This document shows positions 44,263 to 54,300 of a stretch of 64,000 nucleotides of DNA, piece by piece (the first letter of the stretch is position 1; every line of letters begins with the position of its first letter). Source of the DNA: Eubacteriales bacterium (GTDB lineage: Bacteria; Bacillota; Clostridia; Oscillospirales; CAG-272); contig JAZQYP010000065.1 of assembly GCA_045633625.1 (NCBI GenBank), forward strand, positions 135,665-199,664. Direction: 5' to 3'. The translations under genes were made by a program, and so were the position numbers. Below the pieces are notes generated by a model that did no database searches, had not been told where the DNA came from, and was given only the letters and a program-made list of their open reading frames with translations.

Positions 44263-45582
44263 GATCGCGTCAACTATCGTTGTAATAAAGGGGCTTGCCA
44301 TAACGGCGGGGTCAAAGCCGATTCGCTTTGCAAGTATCGGCAGAGAACATCCGACAAGCTTTGCCATAACGACCGTTGCGAAGAGGGTGATAGCCACGAC
44401 CATTGAAACGTTGATGTTTGCAACCGAAAAATCACAGCCGAAATCAAGCACGAGTGTCTTTACAAAGGAAGCTATCGCAAGTGTTGCTCCACAGAGCACC
44501 GACACGCGAAGCTCTTTCCAGAGCACGCGCAGAATGTTACCCATTCTGACCTCTCCAAGCGAGAGGCTACGGATTATCGTACCCGACGACTGACCGCCCG
44601 CATTACCTCCCGTACCCATGAGCATGGGAATGAAGGCTGTGAGCATAACACCGAGGGTGCCTATGCTCTCAAGGTTTTTCTCCTGCGCGCTGATTATAGC
44701 GCTCGTAAAGGTGGCAGATAGCATAAGAAGCAAGAGCCACGGAATACGCTGCTTCCAGGTCTCAAAAATTCCCGTCTTAAGATAGGGCTTGTCGGAGGGA
44801 AGGATAGCCGACATCTTCTCGATATCCTCGGTAGCCTCCTCCTCGATGACGTCAAGAGCGTCGTCGACTGTAACGATACCGACGAGTCTATCCTCACTGT
44901 CAACAACGGGGAGTGCAAGAAGGTCGTACTTCGCGATCTTCTGCGCGACCTCCTCCTGATGGTCGGTCGTAAGGGCGGATATGACCGATTTCTCCATTAT
45001 ATCCTCGATAAGCTCGTCCTCTTTTGCAAAAAGAAGATCACGGAGCTCAACAGTACCCTTGAGTACGCGCGCGTTGTCGGTGACGTATACGACGTAGACC
45101 GTTTCCTTGTGTGCGCCGACACGTCTGATACAGCTGACGGCGTCAGCCACCGTCATAGATGCGCGTATGCGAACGAACTCGGAGGTCATAACGCTTCCCG
45201 CGCTGTCCTCCTCGTATTTTAAGAATCGGTTTATCTCGGCGCGAGTCTGCTTGTCTGCATTTTTTATAATTCTGTCAACCACGTTTGCGGGGAGCTCGTC
45301 AAGCATATCCATAACGTCGTCGATATAGAGTTGATCAAGGATCTTTGAAAACTCCTGATCGCTGAAGGCGTGAATTATCTTTTCCTGTGTGTCGCTCTCA
45401 AGCTCGGCAAATATTTCTGCGGCAATTCCTTTTTTGAGCATACGGAAGACCTTGGGAAGATCTTCATCGCTAACTATTGCAAGAAAGTCAGCGGCATCGA
45501 CTGCATTCATTTCGTAGAGCTCTTTGACAAGGGCGGAATACTTGCGCTCAGCCAGAAGGGAACTGAGATATTCAAAATTCAT
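44218..45582 (-). CDS. mgtE: magnesium transporter MgtE
   Basis: MgtE N-domain, CBS pair, and a TM domain with GTGGNAGGQSS. Confidence 0.9.
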   Translation of the reverse strand: MNFEYLSSLLAERKYSALVKELYEMNAVDAADFLAIVSDEDLPKVFRMLKKGIAAEIFAELESDTQEKIIHAFSDQEFSKILDQLYIDDVMDMLDELPANVVDRIIKNADKQTRAEINRFLKYEEDSAGSVMTSEFVRIRASMTVADAVSCIRRVGAHKETVYVVYVTDNARVLKGTVELRDLLFAKEDELIEDIMEKSVISALTTDHQEEVAQKIAKYDLLALPVVDSEDRLVGIVTVDDALDVIEEEATEDIEKMSAILPSDKPYLKTGIFETWKQRIPWLLLLMLSATFTSAIISAQEKNLESIGTLGVMLTAFIPMLMGTGGNAGGQSSGTIIRSLSLGEVRMGNILRVLWKELRVSVLCGATLAIASFVKTLVLDFGCDFSVANINVSMVVAITLFATVVMAKLVGCSLPILAKRIGFDPAVMASPFITTIVDAISLLIYFAIAFAIIL

Positions 45583-45651
45583 TGGGGGTCACCTCCCGTT
45601 TGTTTCTCTTTTCAGTATATCACTTGGGAAGCTTTTTGTCAAATCTTTTTT

Positions 45652-46614
45652 TCACAGAGTGGCAAGCTCCTCGGCGTCGATGAGCTCGACAAGCTCACCG
45701 AGCTTTTTCGCCGATTCAAGCAGACGGCGCTTTTCGGTATCGTCAAGAGGTATCTCCATAACCTTCTTTACTCCGCTATCACCAACTATCGAGGGAAGTC
45801 CTATGCAAATTCCGTTTATACCGTAAAGTCCCTCGATATAAGACGATACGGGAAGAACGGTGTTTTCATTTCTGACGATAGCCGAAACTATCTTTCTCAC
45901 TGCCTCTGCAATGGCGTAATACGTCGCACCCTTACCCTCGATTATCTTATACGCACTGTCGCGTACGTCCTCGAATATTGCGTCAAGCTCGCACTGTCTG
46001 CAGTTTTTGTGACAGTCCTCGCAATAGCGGTCAAGATCAACGCCCGAGATGTTGGCGCTCGACCATACGGGAAGCTCACTGTCGCCGTGCTCGCCGATGA
46101 TAAAGGTGTGGATGTTTCTTGAGTCGACCTCAAAATACTTGCCAAGCAGATATTTGAGTCTTGCCGAATCGAGCACGGTTCCCGAGCCTATCACGCGCTC
46201 CTTCGGAAAGCCCGAATATTTGAGAGTAAGATAAGTCAGTATATCAACGGGATTAGTGACGACAAGCAGTATTGCCTCGGAATTGTATTTGCAGATATTC
46301 GTCACTATCGATTTGAATATTCTTGCATTGTCGCGCAAGAGATCTGTTCTCGTTTGTCCCGGCTTCTGATTTGCACCCGCTGTGATGATTATTATTGAGG
46401 CATCGGCAAGATCCGAATAGTCACCCGCATATATCTCCATAGGCGCGATGAAGGGAAGTCCGTGGTTGAGGTCTGCCGCCTCGCCCTCTGCCTTCTTTTT
46501 ATTTACGTCTATAAGAACTATCTCGGAAAAAAGCTTGCTTCCCATAAGGGTGTATGCCGTTGTAGCACCAACAAAGCCGCAACCGATAATAGCGCATTTT
46601 CTGATATTTACCAT
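45652..46614 (-). CDS. ldh: L-lactate dehydrogenase
   Basis: IIGCGFVGATTAY, LDSARLK, IIGEHGDSE. Confidence 0.9.
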   Translation of the reverse strand: MVNIRKCAIIGCGFVGATTAYTLMGSKLFSEIVLIDVNKKKAEGEAADLNHGLPFIAPMEIYAGDYSDLADASIIIITAGANQKPGQTRTDLLRDNARIFKSIVTNICKYNSEAILLVVTNPVDILTYLTLKYSGFPKERVIGSGTVLDSARLKYLLGKYFEVDSRNIHTFIIGEHGDSELPVWSSANISGVDLDRYCEDCHKNCRQCELDAIFEDVRDSAYKIIEGKGATYYAIAEAVRKIVSAIVRNENTVLPVSSYIEGLYGINGICIGLPSIVGDSGVKKVMEIPLDDTEKRRLLESAKKLGELVELIDAEELATL

Positions 46615-46667
46615 ATAATTTCTCCTGATCTTTTTTGATTATTTTGTGCCATAATGAAAAAAATCAT

Positions 46668-46706
46668 CATAAAAAAAGAAAAAACGGATAAAAAAATTCA
46701 TCCGTT
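46668..46706 (-). terminator. rho-independent terminator
   Basis: - strand aacggat-gaattttttt-atccgtt followed by ttttctttttttat. Confidence 0.7.
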
Positions 46707-47138
46707 TATTCTTTCCTTAAATGTCAGGACCGCTGTTTTCAGCTCTCTTGCACTCGAAATTGTGTGTGCGGGGCTGAAGTGCTCCTGTGTCTTAAAATTT
46801 CTGTCATTACTCTCAATGAATTTTGAAATAGACGCCAAAAATATCTCACATTCCTCGAAAACGGGGAAGAGCCTTGCGACGTCTTCAAGCTTTTGTAAGC
46901 TCTCAAGCTCACATATGAGCCTCGAGAGGTTGCTAACTCCTTCTTCAAGCTGAGCTATCGTGTCGCTCAGCTTCAGTGAAAAGGCACTATACCTTTCGAG
47001 GTATTTGCTTTTGTCGTTTTCACTTGTGAAAAGCGTCAGAATACCTTCTCCGTTAAAGGTAGCGAGATATGAGTTCGTTGCCTCAAGAAAGGAGGCAGAG
47101 TGCTCTTTGAGCGTCAGAATCAGCGTTTTTTCGTTCAT
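46698..47138 (-). CDS. hypothetical protein in the ylqD position of the ffh-rpsP cluster
   Basis: 146 aa starting at MNEKTL (GGAGGAG RBS). The YlqD-like call is based on synteny only. Confidence 0.45.
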   Translation of the reverse strand: MNEKTLILTLKEHSASFLEATNSYLATFNGEGILTLFTSENDKSKYLERYSAFSLKLSDTIAQLEEGVSNLSRLICELESLQKLEDVARLFPVFEECEIFLASISKFIESNDRNFKTQEHFSPAHTISSARELKTAVLTFKERING

Positions 47139-47213
47139 GCTTCTCCTCCGCAAAACACGGAAACCGCTAAGACTGAGTCTTACGTACGGTTTCCGTGCTT
47201 TATTTTGAGATAA

Positions 47214-47450
47214 TTATCTTATCTCAACGTTTACTTTTTTGGAATCCTGTGCAGCGGCAGCCTTCATAATGCTGCGGATAGCCTTTGCAATTCTTCCGTT
47301 TTTGCCGATAACCATTCCCATGTCATCGGGCGCAACGCTGAGGACGAGATTGACTTCGTTTCCGTCAACCGTCTCCAGTACTGTAACCTCATCGGGACTG
47401 TCCACTATTGCGCGAGCGATTCCTCTTAAGGTTTCTTTAAGGTCCGTCAT
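47214..47450 (-). CDS. KH-domain RNA-binding protein (YlqC/UPF0109)
   Basis: VIGKNGRIAKAIRSIMKA; the position after rpsP is conserved. Confidence 0.85.
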   Translation of the reverse strand: MTDLKETLRGIARAIVDSPDEVTVLETVDGNEVNLVLSVAPDDMGMVIGKNGRIAKAIRSIMKAAAAQDSKKVNVEIR

Positions 47451-47467
47451 TATATTACCACCTATGA

Positions 47468-47713
47468 TTAGTCGATAATACCGGACTTCTTGAGAAGAGA
47501 TCTAACAGTCTCGGTGGGAACTGCACCGTTAGAGATCCACTTCTTTGCCTTGTCAGCATCGATCTGCACGGTTGCGGGCTCTGTGCCGGGATTGTAGTAG
47601 CCAAGCTCCTCGATGAAGCGGCCGTCTCTGGGCGAGCGGCTATCAGCAACGATAACACGGTATGTGGGAGCCTTCTTCTTACCCATTCTTCTAAGTCTCA
47701 TTTTAACTGCCAT
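47468..47713 (-). CDS. rpsP: 30S ribosomal protein S16
   Basis: [42 protein letters not shown]. Confidence 0.95.
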   Translation of the reverse strand: MAVKMRLRRMGKKKAPTYRVIVADSRSPRDGRFIEELGYYNPGTEPATVQIDADKAKKWISNGAVPTETVRSLLKKSGIID

Positions 47714-47770
47714 TTTTTGTTTCCTCCATAAAATATATGAAAATTTTAATATTTATAAAAATCCGCAATA

Positions 47771-49108
47771 TCAGAACGGAATTTTCATCTTTCCTTTTCT
47801 CATCTTCGCCATCATTTTGGGATTTGAGAACTGCTTCATAAGCTTCTTTATCTGGTCGAACTGGCGCAGGAGCTTGTTGACCTCCTCAACACTCGTTCCG
47901 CTTCCCGCGGCTATACGCTTCTTTCTCGACGCACCGATTATTTCGGGCTTCTCGCGCTCCTTTTTGGTCATCGATTTGATGATCGCCTCGGTGTGAGCAA
48001 GTGCCTTTTCATCGATCTTGGCATCCTTAAGAGCCCCAGGCTTCATACCCGGCATCATTCCCATAAGCTGATCGACGCTGCCCATCTTCTTTATCTGCGC
48101 GAACTGATCGAGATAATCGTCAAGAGTAAAGGTCGACTCACGCATTTTCTGCTCAAGCTCTGCCGCTTTTTTCTCATCGAATGCCTGCTCAGCCTTCTCG
48201 ATAAGGGAGAGAACGTCACCCATACCAAGTATTCTTGACGCCATTCTTTCGGGATGGAAGGGCTCGATAGCGTCAAGCTTTTCTCCCATACCAACAAACT
48301 TTATCGGCTTGCCCGTTACGTGACGGATTGAGAGTGCCGCACCGCCTCGCGTGTCGCCGTCAAGCTTTGTGAGGATAACTCCCGTTACGTCGAGCCGCTC
48401 GTTAAAGGTCTCGGCAACGGTAACCGCATCCTGACCAATCATGGCATCGACTGTAAGAAGTATCTCCGTGGGGTTGGTCTTTTCCTTGATCGCCCCAAGC
48501 TCACCCATAAGGGTGTCGTCTATGTGAAGTCGTCCCGCCGTATCGATAAATACCATATCATAGCCCTTCAGAAGTGCGTGCTTAACGCCTTCCTCGGCAA
48601 TTTTAACGGGGGATTCCTTATCACCAAGTGTAAAAACGGGAATATCGAGCTTTTCGCCGACAATCTGGAGCTGCTTTATAGCAGCAGGTCTGTAGACGTC
48701 ACAGGCGACGAGAAGGGGGCGTTTGCCCTGCTTTTTGTACATTCCCGCAAGCTTTCCCGCGTGCGTTGTCTTACCTGCACCCTGAAGACCAACCATCATG
48801 ATGACTGTGGGGGGCTTCGAGGATATCTCAAGCTTTGCCTGAGAACCGCCCATAAGGGCTGTCAGCTCTTCGTTTACTATCTTTACTATCTGCTGTGCGG
48901 GGAGAAGGGACTCAAGCACCTCACTGCCGACAGCACGGGCAGATACCTTGTTTATAAAATCCTTGACTACCTTGAAATTTACGTCAGCCTCAAGGAGTGC
49001 AAGCTTTATTTCTCTCATTCCGACCTTGACGTCTGCCTCGGTCAGCTTACCCTTGCTTTTGAATTTTTTGAACGCATTCTCAAGCTTTTCACTAAGACTC
49101 TGGAACAA
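47771..49108 (-). CDS. ffh: signal recognition particle protein Ffh
   Basis: GLQGAGKTT, DTAGR, TKLDGDTRGG, and a Met-rich M domain. Confidence 0.95.
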   Translation of the reverse strand: MFQSLSEKLENAFKKFKSKGKLTEADVKVGMREIKLALLEADVNFKVVKDFINKVSARAVGSEVLESLLPAQQIVKIVNEELTALMGGSQAKLEISSKPPTVIMMVGLQGAGKTTHAGKLAGMYKKQGKRPLLVACDVYRPAAIKQLQIVGEKLDIPVFTLGDKESPVKIAEEGVKHALLKGYDMVFIDTAGRLHIDDTLMGELGAIKEKTNPTEILLTVDAMIGQDAVTVAETFNERLDVTGVILTKLDGDTRGGAALSIRHVTGKPIKFVGMGEKLDAIEPFHPERMASRILGMGDVLSLIEKAEQAFDEKKAAELEQKMRESTFTLDDYLDQFAQIKKMGSVDQLMGMMPGMKPGALKDAKIDEKALAHTEAIIKSMTKKEREKPEIIGASRKKRIAAGSGTSVEEVNKLLRQFDQIKKLMKQFSNPKMMAKMRKGKMKIPF

Positions 49109-49129
49109 AGGTTTTCTCCTTTCGGTAAT

Positions 49130-49465
49130 TTATTGCGCTATCTCACCTTTAAGCTCGGAAAGTCCTTCAACAAGCTCCTTTGGTGCTCCTATCGAGCGCG
49201 CAAGTGTAAGAAGCTCATCGGTTTTTGCCTCAAGTATTTCTATCTTCTTTGAAAGACCAAGACGCTCCTCAAAGAAGAGAAGCTCCTCCTCGGCTTTTTT
49301 TACTATATCGCGCACGCCCTGTCTTGAAATTCCTATTTCCTCGGAAATTTCTGCTAATGAAAAATCCTCATTATAATACATATCAAGAACCGTGCGCTTT
49401 CTCTCGGTCAATATCTCGCCGTAGAAGTCGAGAAGATAGCCGATATTCAGGTTTTTTTCATACAT
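49130..49465 (-). CDS. ylxM: YlxM/UPF0122 putative DNA-binding protein
   Basis: MYEKNLNIGYLLDFYGEILTERKRTVLDMYYNEDFSLAEISEEIGISRQGV. It lies upstream of ffh. The TTG start at 49495 is rejected. Confidence 0.8.
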   Translation of the reverse strand: MYEKNLNIGYLLDFYGEILTERKRTVLDMYYNEDFSLAEISEEIGISRQGVRDIVKKAEEELLFFEERLGLSKKIEILEAKTDELLTLARSIGAPKELVEGLSELKGEIAQ

Positions 49466-49564
49466 AGCTCGGACTGCCTTTCGGGTGTAAAGCAAAATGC
49501 TTTACAAGTATAGCATACCGTAAAGCATTTGTCAATAGTATTTTATAAAATTTTTTCCTTACAA

Positions 49565-50875
49565 TTATATACTCTTTTTCCCGAGTATATGATTGACGAA
49601 CTGTTGTGCCGTGCGGCAGGAAATTCCGCCGTTGCGCATCTCGAATGCGTGTGCCGCAAGGATAAGCTCGTCGTCACTCATTTCGGTAAATCCTTGCTTT
49701 CTTGCAAGTCTTATTACGATGCCCTCAAACTCGGTCTTAGAAGGCTTGAAATACCCGATGGTAAGACCGAAGCGGTGAACGAGGGAGAGCTTTTCCTCCA
49801 CAGTCTCGGAGCGGTGAACGTCGTCCATAGCCTTGAGATCGTTCTTGTCGTTAAAGGTTTCGCGAATGAGATGTCGGCGGTTTGACGTAGCGTAGATAAG
49901 CACGTTGTCGGGCTTTGTCTCAACACCTCCCTCAATTATCGCCTTGAGGTACTTATATTCGATCTCGTGGTCCTCAAAGGAAAGATCGTCCATATAGATT
50001 ATGAACTTGTAATTTCGGTTTTTTATCTGTGAGATAACTGCAGAGAGATCTCCAAACTGATGCTTGTAGATCTCTATCATACGCAGACCGCGATCGTAAA
50101 ACTTATTGACGATCGCCTTGATGCTCGTTGATTTTCCCGTGCCGCTGTCGCCGTAGAGAAGGACGTTGTTTGCCGATCTGCCGCTGACAAAGGCCTCGGT
50201 ATTGGCAATAAGCGCCGATTTCTGCATATCGTATCCGATAAGGTCGTCGAAGGACACCTTGTTCATATTGGTGATAGGGCAGAGGTACATCTCATCTTTC
50301 GTGTATGAGAGGCGGAACGCCTTGTTAAGGCCGAACATTCCAACGCCAAAGTCGCCGTAAAAGCCTACCACGGCGTCAAAGACCTCCTCGGCAGTTTTTG
50401 CCGCTTCGATCTTCTCGCTGAGCGCTATGACCTTCTCGCTTACGTTCTTGTTGTACATCTGCTCGCGCTTGGGAATTGCCTCGTAGCTCGAGAGAACGGA
50501 GAAGCAGTCGATGCCGAGAGCTGTCTCGATGGGTGAAAAATCATAATCGAAGAGTGCCTTGAATACCGCAAAATCATTGAGGGCAAAATGATTAACTGTA
50601 CCCGCTCTGCGTTCTGCCTTCTCGCAGGTGAAGCTGAAGGGATTCTCATCGGTTATGAGGAGGTACGTCAAATAGTTATGCCAGAGATTTTTGTTGAATC
50701 CATACTGCGTTGCAAGCTCAAGCAGACGTCTTACCTCGATAAATATGCGTGTTTTAAGATGCTCGGGGGTGTCATTCGAGCTCTCAAAATCCTCAAAGAC
50801 CTCGCCGAGCTTTGTGAGGATGCTGTCCTTTTTTAAGTCTCTGTATATGATAAGCTTTGCTAATTCCTTGTACAT
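49565..50875 (-). CDS. DUF815-type AAA ATPase
   Basis: LLYGDSGTGKSTSIKA Walker A and IIYMDDLSFE Walker B; 436 aa. Confidence 0.7.
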   Translation of the reverse strand: MYKELAKLIIYRDLKKDSILTKLGEVFEDFESSNDTPEHLKTRIFIEVRRLLELATQYGFNKNLWHNYLTYLLITDENPFSFTCEKAERRAGTVNHFALNDFAVFKALFDYDFSPIETALGIDCFSVLSSYEAIPKREQMYNKNVSEKVIALSEKIEAAKTAEEVFDAVVGFYGDFGVGMFGLNKAFRLSYTKDEMYLCPITNMNKVSFDDLIGYDMQKSALIANTEAFVSGRSANNVLLYGDSGTGKSTSIKAIVNKFYDRGLRMIEIYKHQFGDLSAVISQIKNRNYKFIIYMDDLSFEDHEIEYKYLKAIIEGGVETKPDNVLIYATSNRRHLIRETFNDKNDLKAMDDVHRSETVEEKLSLVHRFGLTIGYFKPSKTEFEGIVIRLARKQGFTEMSDDELILAAHAFEMRNGGISCRTAQQFVNHILGKKSI

Positions 50876-51076
50876 ATCCTTACCTCATCTTCCAGTATAC
50901 CTATATAATAACATTTTTTTGCCAAAATTTCAACAGGGAAGTAGAAATTTTGCAATATTTGGGAGGAGTTAAAAATATGGGAATAAATATTCTCAAAACC
51001 GTTGACAAAAACATTAATGTGTGGTAATATAGTATCGAATACTACATAATGAAATACAAAGGAGTAAAATGTAGCT

Positions 51077-51757
51077 ATGACCGATATAAAGAAAGTGATA
51101 GTATGGGGAGATTCGGTAGCTCGCGGCGTTGTTTACGATGATAGCCGCTCAAGATACGCGCTCTCAAAGAGCTCGGCTGTAAAGCTTATTGCCGAGGCAC
51201 TTGATATAGAGATAGTAAACCGCTCGAGAATGGGAATGACTGCAAACGAGGGCCTTGAGATGCTCAAAAAGGATATCGGTGCAGGGATGTCTGCCGACGT
51301 TGCAATAATCGAGTTTGGTGGCAATGACTGCGATTTTGATTGGCGTGCGATAAGTGAGACGCCTTTTGACCTTCATCTGCCGAAAACTACGGCTGAGGTC
51401 TTTGAAAATAAAATGAAAACGATGATAAGCGAGGTCCGCGCGGCGGGAATGAGTCCCTATCTTGTGACGCTCCCCCCCATAGACGCCGAGAAGTATTTTG
51501 ACTTTATCTCACGCGACGGACTCTCGAAGGAAAATATACTCACGTGGCTCGGAGACAAGAACCACATCTACCGTTATCACGAGAGATATTCGGTACTCAT
51601 CTCAAAGATCGCTCGTGAGATGGGAACGAAGGTGCTCGACGTGCGCGCGGCATTTCTTGGACTTTGGAACTCCAATCGCCTTTTCTGCGCTGACGGTATC
51701 CATCCGACCGACGAGGGTCAGAGAGTCATTGCCGACGCAGTGCTCGCATCAATATAA
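51077..51757 (+). CDS. SGNH/GDSL hydrolase
   Basis: VWGDSVARG, FGGNDC, DGIHPT. Confidence 0.8.
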   Translation: MTDIKKVIVWGDSVARGVVYDDSRSRYALSKSSAVKLIAEALDIEIVNRSRMGMTANEGLEMLKKDIGAGMSADVAIIEFGGNDCDFDWRAISETPFDLHLPKTTAEVFENKMKTMISEVRAAGMSPYLVTLPPIDAEKYFDFISRDGLSKENILTWLGDKNHIYRYHERYSVLISKIAREMGTKVLDVRAAFLGLWNSNRLFCADGIHPTDEGQRVIADAVLASI

Positions 51758-51795
51758 AAAGCTGCCGACGTCAGACGTCGGCAGTTTTCCTTTTT
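51756..51795. terminator. bidirectional terminator
   Basis: Palindrome ctgccgacgtc-a-gacgtcggcag with an A-run and a T-run. It contains the stop of the - strand gene. Confidence 0.75.
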
Positions 51796-52508
51796 CGTTC
51801 TATAATATACACGGGCAGATACATAATGAAGATTATCGGCACAAGCAGTATGGGGAAGGCAAACAGATAGCTTCCAAGGTTCTTGTCGAACCACACAAAG
51901 GGAGTACCCTTTTCGGCTTCCATAAGAAACATAAAGTTTGTGTCAAATATAAGGTTTGCAATAAGTGCCACCCCTGCAAGTCCCAAAAGGAGAGCAAGAC
52001 AGCGTGGGATATCCTTTATCTTCGGCTTTATGTCGCCACCAATGGTCAGCATTATCGGGTAGGTGGCAAGCAGGATATGTACGGTAAAGCTATGCAGATG
52101 CATAAAATTGAGGAAGGGAAGCTCGGTCCACGTCGGCGTGATAAGAGCTATGAGTGCCGCGGGAATTCCCGCCATATAAAGAAAGTTTCCGACAGCCCTC
52201 GTTGGCTTTATAGTATACGCCGTTATAAGGAATATATTGATACTGCAAAGGTGGAAGGGCAGATAGCTCGGCGTTGCCGTTCCCGTGATAAAGAGCCAGA
52301 CCCATTTCCACAGCTCGTCGGCGATAAGGAGGGCTGTGAATATCCACCTCATCCTTTTTCTTGCCCTCTCGTCGAGCTTGCGATAAATTATGGTTGATGC
52401 CGCCGCAAATACGGCGAATCCCAAAAGCCACAAGACGTGGCAGAGATCAAAGTGGGAAAAGCCCACACCGTTTTCAATCGTTGCTACAGTTTCAAAAAAG
52501 TATTTCAT
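51771..52508 (-). CDS. YwaF/TIGR02206-like integral membrane protein (tentative)
   Basis: 245 aa with ~7 TM helices. The family name is from memory of the N-terminal pattern. Confidence 0.5.
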   Translation of the reverse strand: MKYFFETVATIENGVGFSHFDLCHVLWLLGFAVFAAASTIIYRKLDERARKRMRWIFTALLIADELWKWVWLFITGTATPSYLPFHLCSINIFLITAYTIKPTRAVGNFLYMAGIPAALIALITPTWTELPFLNFMHLHSFTVHILLATYPIMLTIGGDIKPKIKDIPRCLALLLGLAGVALIANLIFDTNFMFLMEAEKGTPFVWFDKNLGSYLFAFPILLVPIIFIMYLPVYIIERKRKTADV

Positions 52509-52520
52509 AATTCTCCTGTG

Positions 52521-53459
52521 TTACATGTTGACGATAAATTCAGCCAGCTTTATGATAAGCGGCATTGTGATTATAGAGAGAATAGAGGAAAGTCCGACGG
52601 CACGAGCCGAATATTCGGGGCTTATGTCGTAGGTCTCTGCCATCATCGATACCGTGGTAGCGGAGGGCATGGCGGCGACAGTTACGACGACCATTATCCA
52701 CATCGCGTCAATACCGATAAGCTTCATAATAACGCAGATAATAAGGGGCATTATTATAAGCTTTGAGAAGCAGGTGTAATAGGTCTTGAGTGAAAGAAAG
52801 GTCTTTTTGAGAGACGACCTTGAAAGAAGACCGCCGATAATTAGCGTTGAGATGGGTGTGCAGAGATTTCCAAGATAGTTCACGGTTGAGGTAAAGAAGC
52901 TTGGAAGCTCGGAATTGAGCACAAATAAGATAAGACCTATCGCGCAAGGAACTGTGCCGTAGTTGAGAAAGACCTTTTTGACGGTGACCTTTATATCACT
53001 GCGTCCCTTCGCGAGAATGGCTATACCAAGCGTCCATATAAGGACGTTGAAGCTTGCCACGAAGAATGCACCCATAAATACGCCCTTGTCCCCAAAGAGC
53101 GAGTCGAGAATGGGAAGACCGAGAAAACCGATATTGCCGAAGACCATCGAGAATTCTGAGAGCTTCTGCTCGTCGAGGCTCTTAAATCCGCGTGTGAGCA
53201 AAAATGCGATAAGCACCATAAAAAGATGCACCGCAAAGCCGACTGCGAAGGATAGAAATCCAAGACCAAGATTTTCCTCAGAGTACTCCATTTTAAGAAG
53301 GGAGGCTACGATAAGGCAGGGCTGTGCTACGGTGAGAATAAGCTTTGAAAATCTCTTTGACGCCACCTCATCCATTATGTTCAGCTTTCCGAGAAGAAAG
53401 CCTATTACCATAAGTGCAAAAAGAGTGACGACTACAGAGAGAAATGCTGAAAAGTCCAT
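52521..53459 (-). CDS. AEC (auxin efflux carrier) family transporter
   Basis: 312 aa, 10-TM pattern, N-terminus ..LMVIGFLLGKLNIMDEVASKRFSKLIL.VAQPCLI. Confidence 0.75.
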   Translation of the reverse strand: MDFSAFLSVVVTLFALMVIGFLLGKLNIMDEVASKRFSKLILTVAQPCLIVASLLKMEYSEENLGLGFLSFAVGFAVHLFMVLIAFLLTRGFKSLDEQKLSEFSMVFGNIGFLGLPILDSLFGDKGVFMGAFFVASFNVLIWTLGIAILAKGRSDIKVTVKKVFLNYGTVPCAIGLILFVLNSELPSFFTSTVNYLGNLCTPISTLIIGGLLSRSSLKKTFLSLKTYYTCFSKLIIMPLIICVIMKLIGIDAMWIMVVVTVAAMPSATTVSMMAETYDISPEYSARAVGLSSILSIITMPLIIKLAEFIVNM

Positions 53460-53480
53460 TGTATTACCTTTGCTTTTAGT

Positions 53481-54038
53481 TTATTTGAGTGAGTCGAGCT
53501 TTTCCTTTATCGCCTTCATATCGGCAAGCATATCCTCTTTTTTGCGAGGATCGCGAAGGAGAAGCGCAGGGTGGTAGACGGCGGTCATAAGCATTCCGCC
53601 CTTCTCGAACCACTTGCCGTGCTCGACGGTTATCTTGAAGTCGGGGCGAATGAGTCGCATTGCCGAAATTCTGCCAAGACAGACTATCATCTTCGGCTGT
53701 ATGAGCTTTACCTGACGGCGAAGAAAGTCAATGCAAGCGTCCTCCTCCTCGGGAAGGGGATCGCGGTTCTTTGGGGGACGGCATTTTAGTATATTTGCAA
53801 TATAAACGTCCTCACGGTCGATGTCAACTGCAAACAAAAACTTGTCAAGAAGCTGGCCCGCGCGCCCGACAAAGGGCGTGCCCGTTTTGTCCTCGTTGTC
53901 ACCGGGTGCTTCACCGATGAAAAGAATATCGGCGTTTTTGTTACCGACACCGAAAACACAGTTGGTCCTCGTCTTGCAAAGCTCGCACGCTGTGCAATTA
54001 TTGCATTCGTCTATAAGTTTTTCCCAATTATCCATCAT
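53481..54038 (-). CDS. family-4 uracil-DNA glycosylase (Fe-S)
   Basis: CNNCTACELC, GEAPG..ED..G.PFVG.AG.LL, KCRPP.NR.P. Confidence 0.9.
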   Translation of the reverse strand: MMDNWEKLIDECNNCTACELCKTRTNCVFGVGNKNADILFIGEAPGDNEDKTGTPFVGRAGQLLDKFLFAVDIDREDVYIANILKCRPPKNRDPLPEEEDACIDFLRRQVKLIQPKMIVCLGRISAMRLIRPDFKITVEHGKWFEKGGMLMTAVYHPALLLRDPRKKEDMLADMKAIKEKLDSLK

Positions 54039-54215
54039 AAACCTCCGAGAAATGATATGTTAAGTATATCACAAAGGTCACAATTTGACAATATTTTTTT
54101 ATAAAATAGCAATTTACATTTTTGATCAGGTATGATAGTATAAATATGTATACTACGCATTTTTGTAAGATTGGCAGGGTGTGGATTATTTCGATACATA
54201 TATGGAAAATATCTA

Positions 54216-54244
54216 TTTACATCCGTATGCCGATGTAGTATAAT
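54216..54244 (+). promoter_or_regulatory. sigma-A type promoter
   Basis: TTTACA, 17-nt spacer, TATAAT. Confidence 0.5.
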
Positions 54245-54300
54245 GATGTCAAAAGAGCCAAAAAGAGATACTATTTACTTTATCGAAAGGAAAAACGTTT

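Noticed and set aside
45370-46122. 250-aa ORF on the + strand
   Set aside because: It is antisense to the mgtE 5' end and to ldh, and both sense genes have clear motifs.
51498-52397. 299-aa ORF on the + strand
   Set aside because: It overlaps the 3' end of the SGNH gene out of frame and is antisense to the YwaF-like membrane gene. Its composition is basic and low-complexity.
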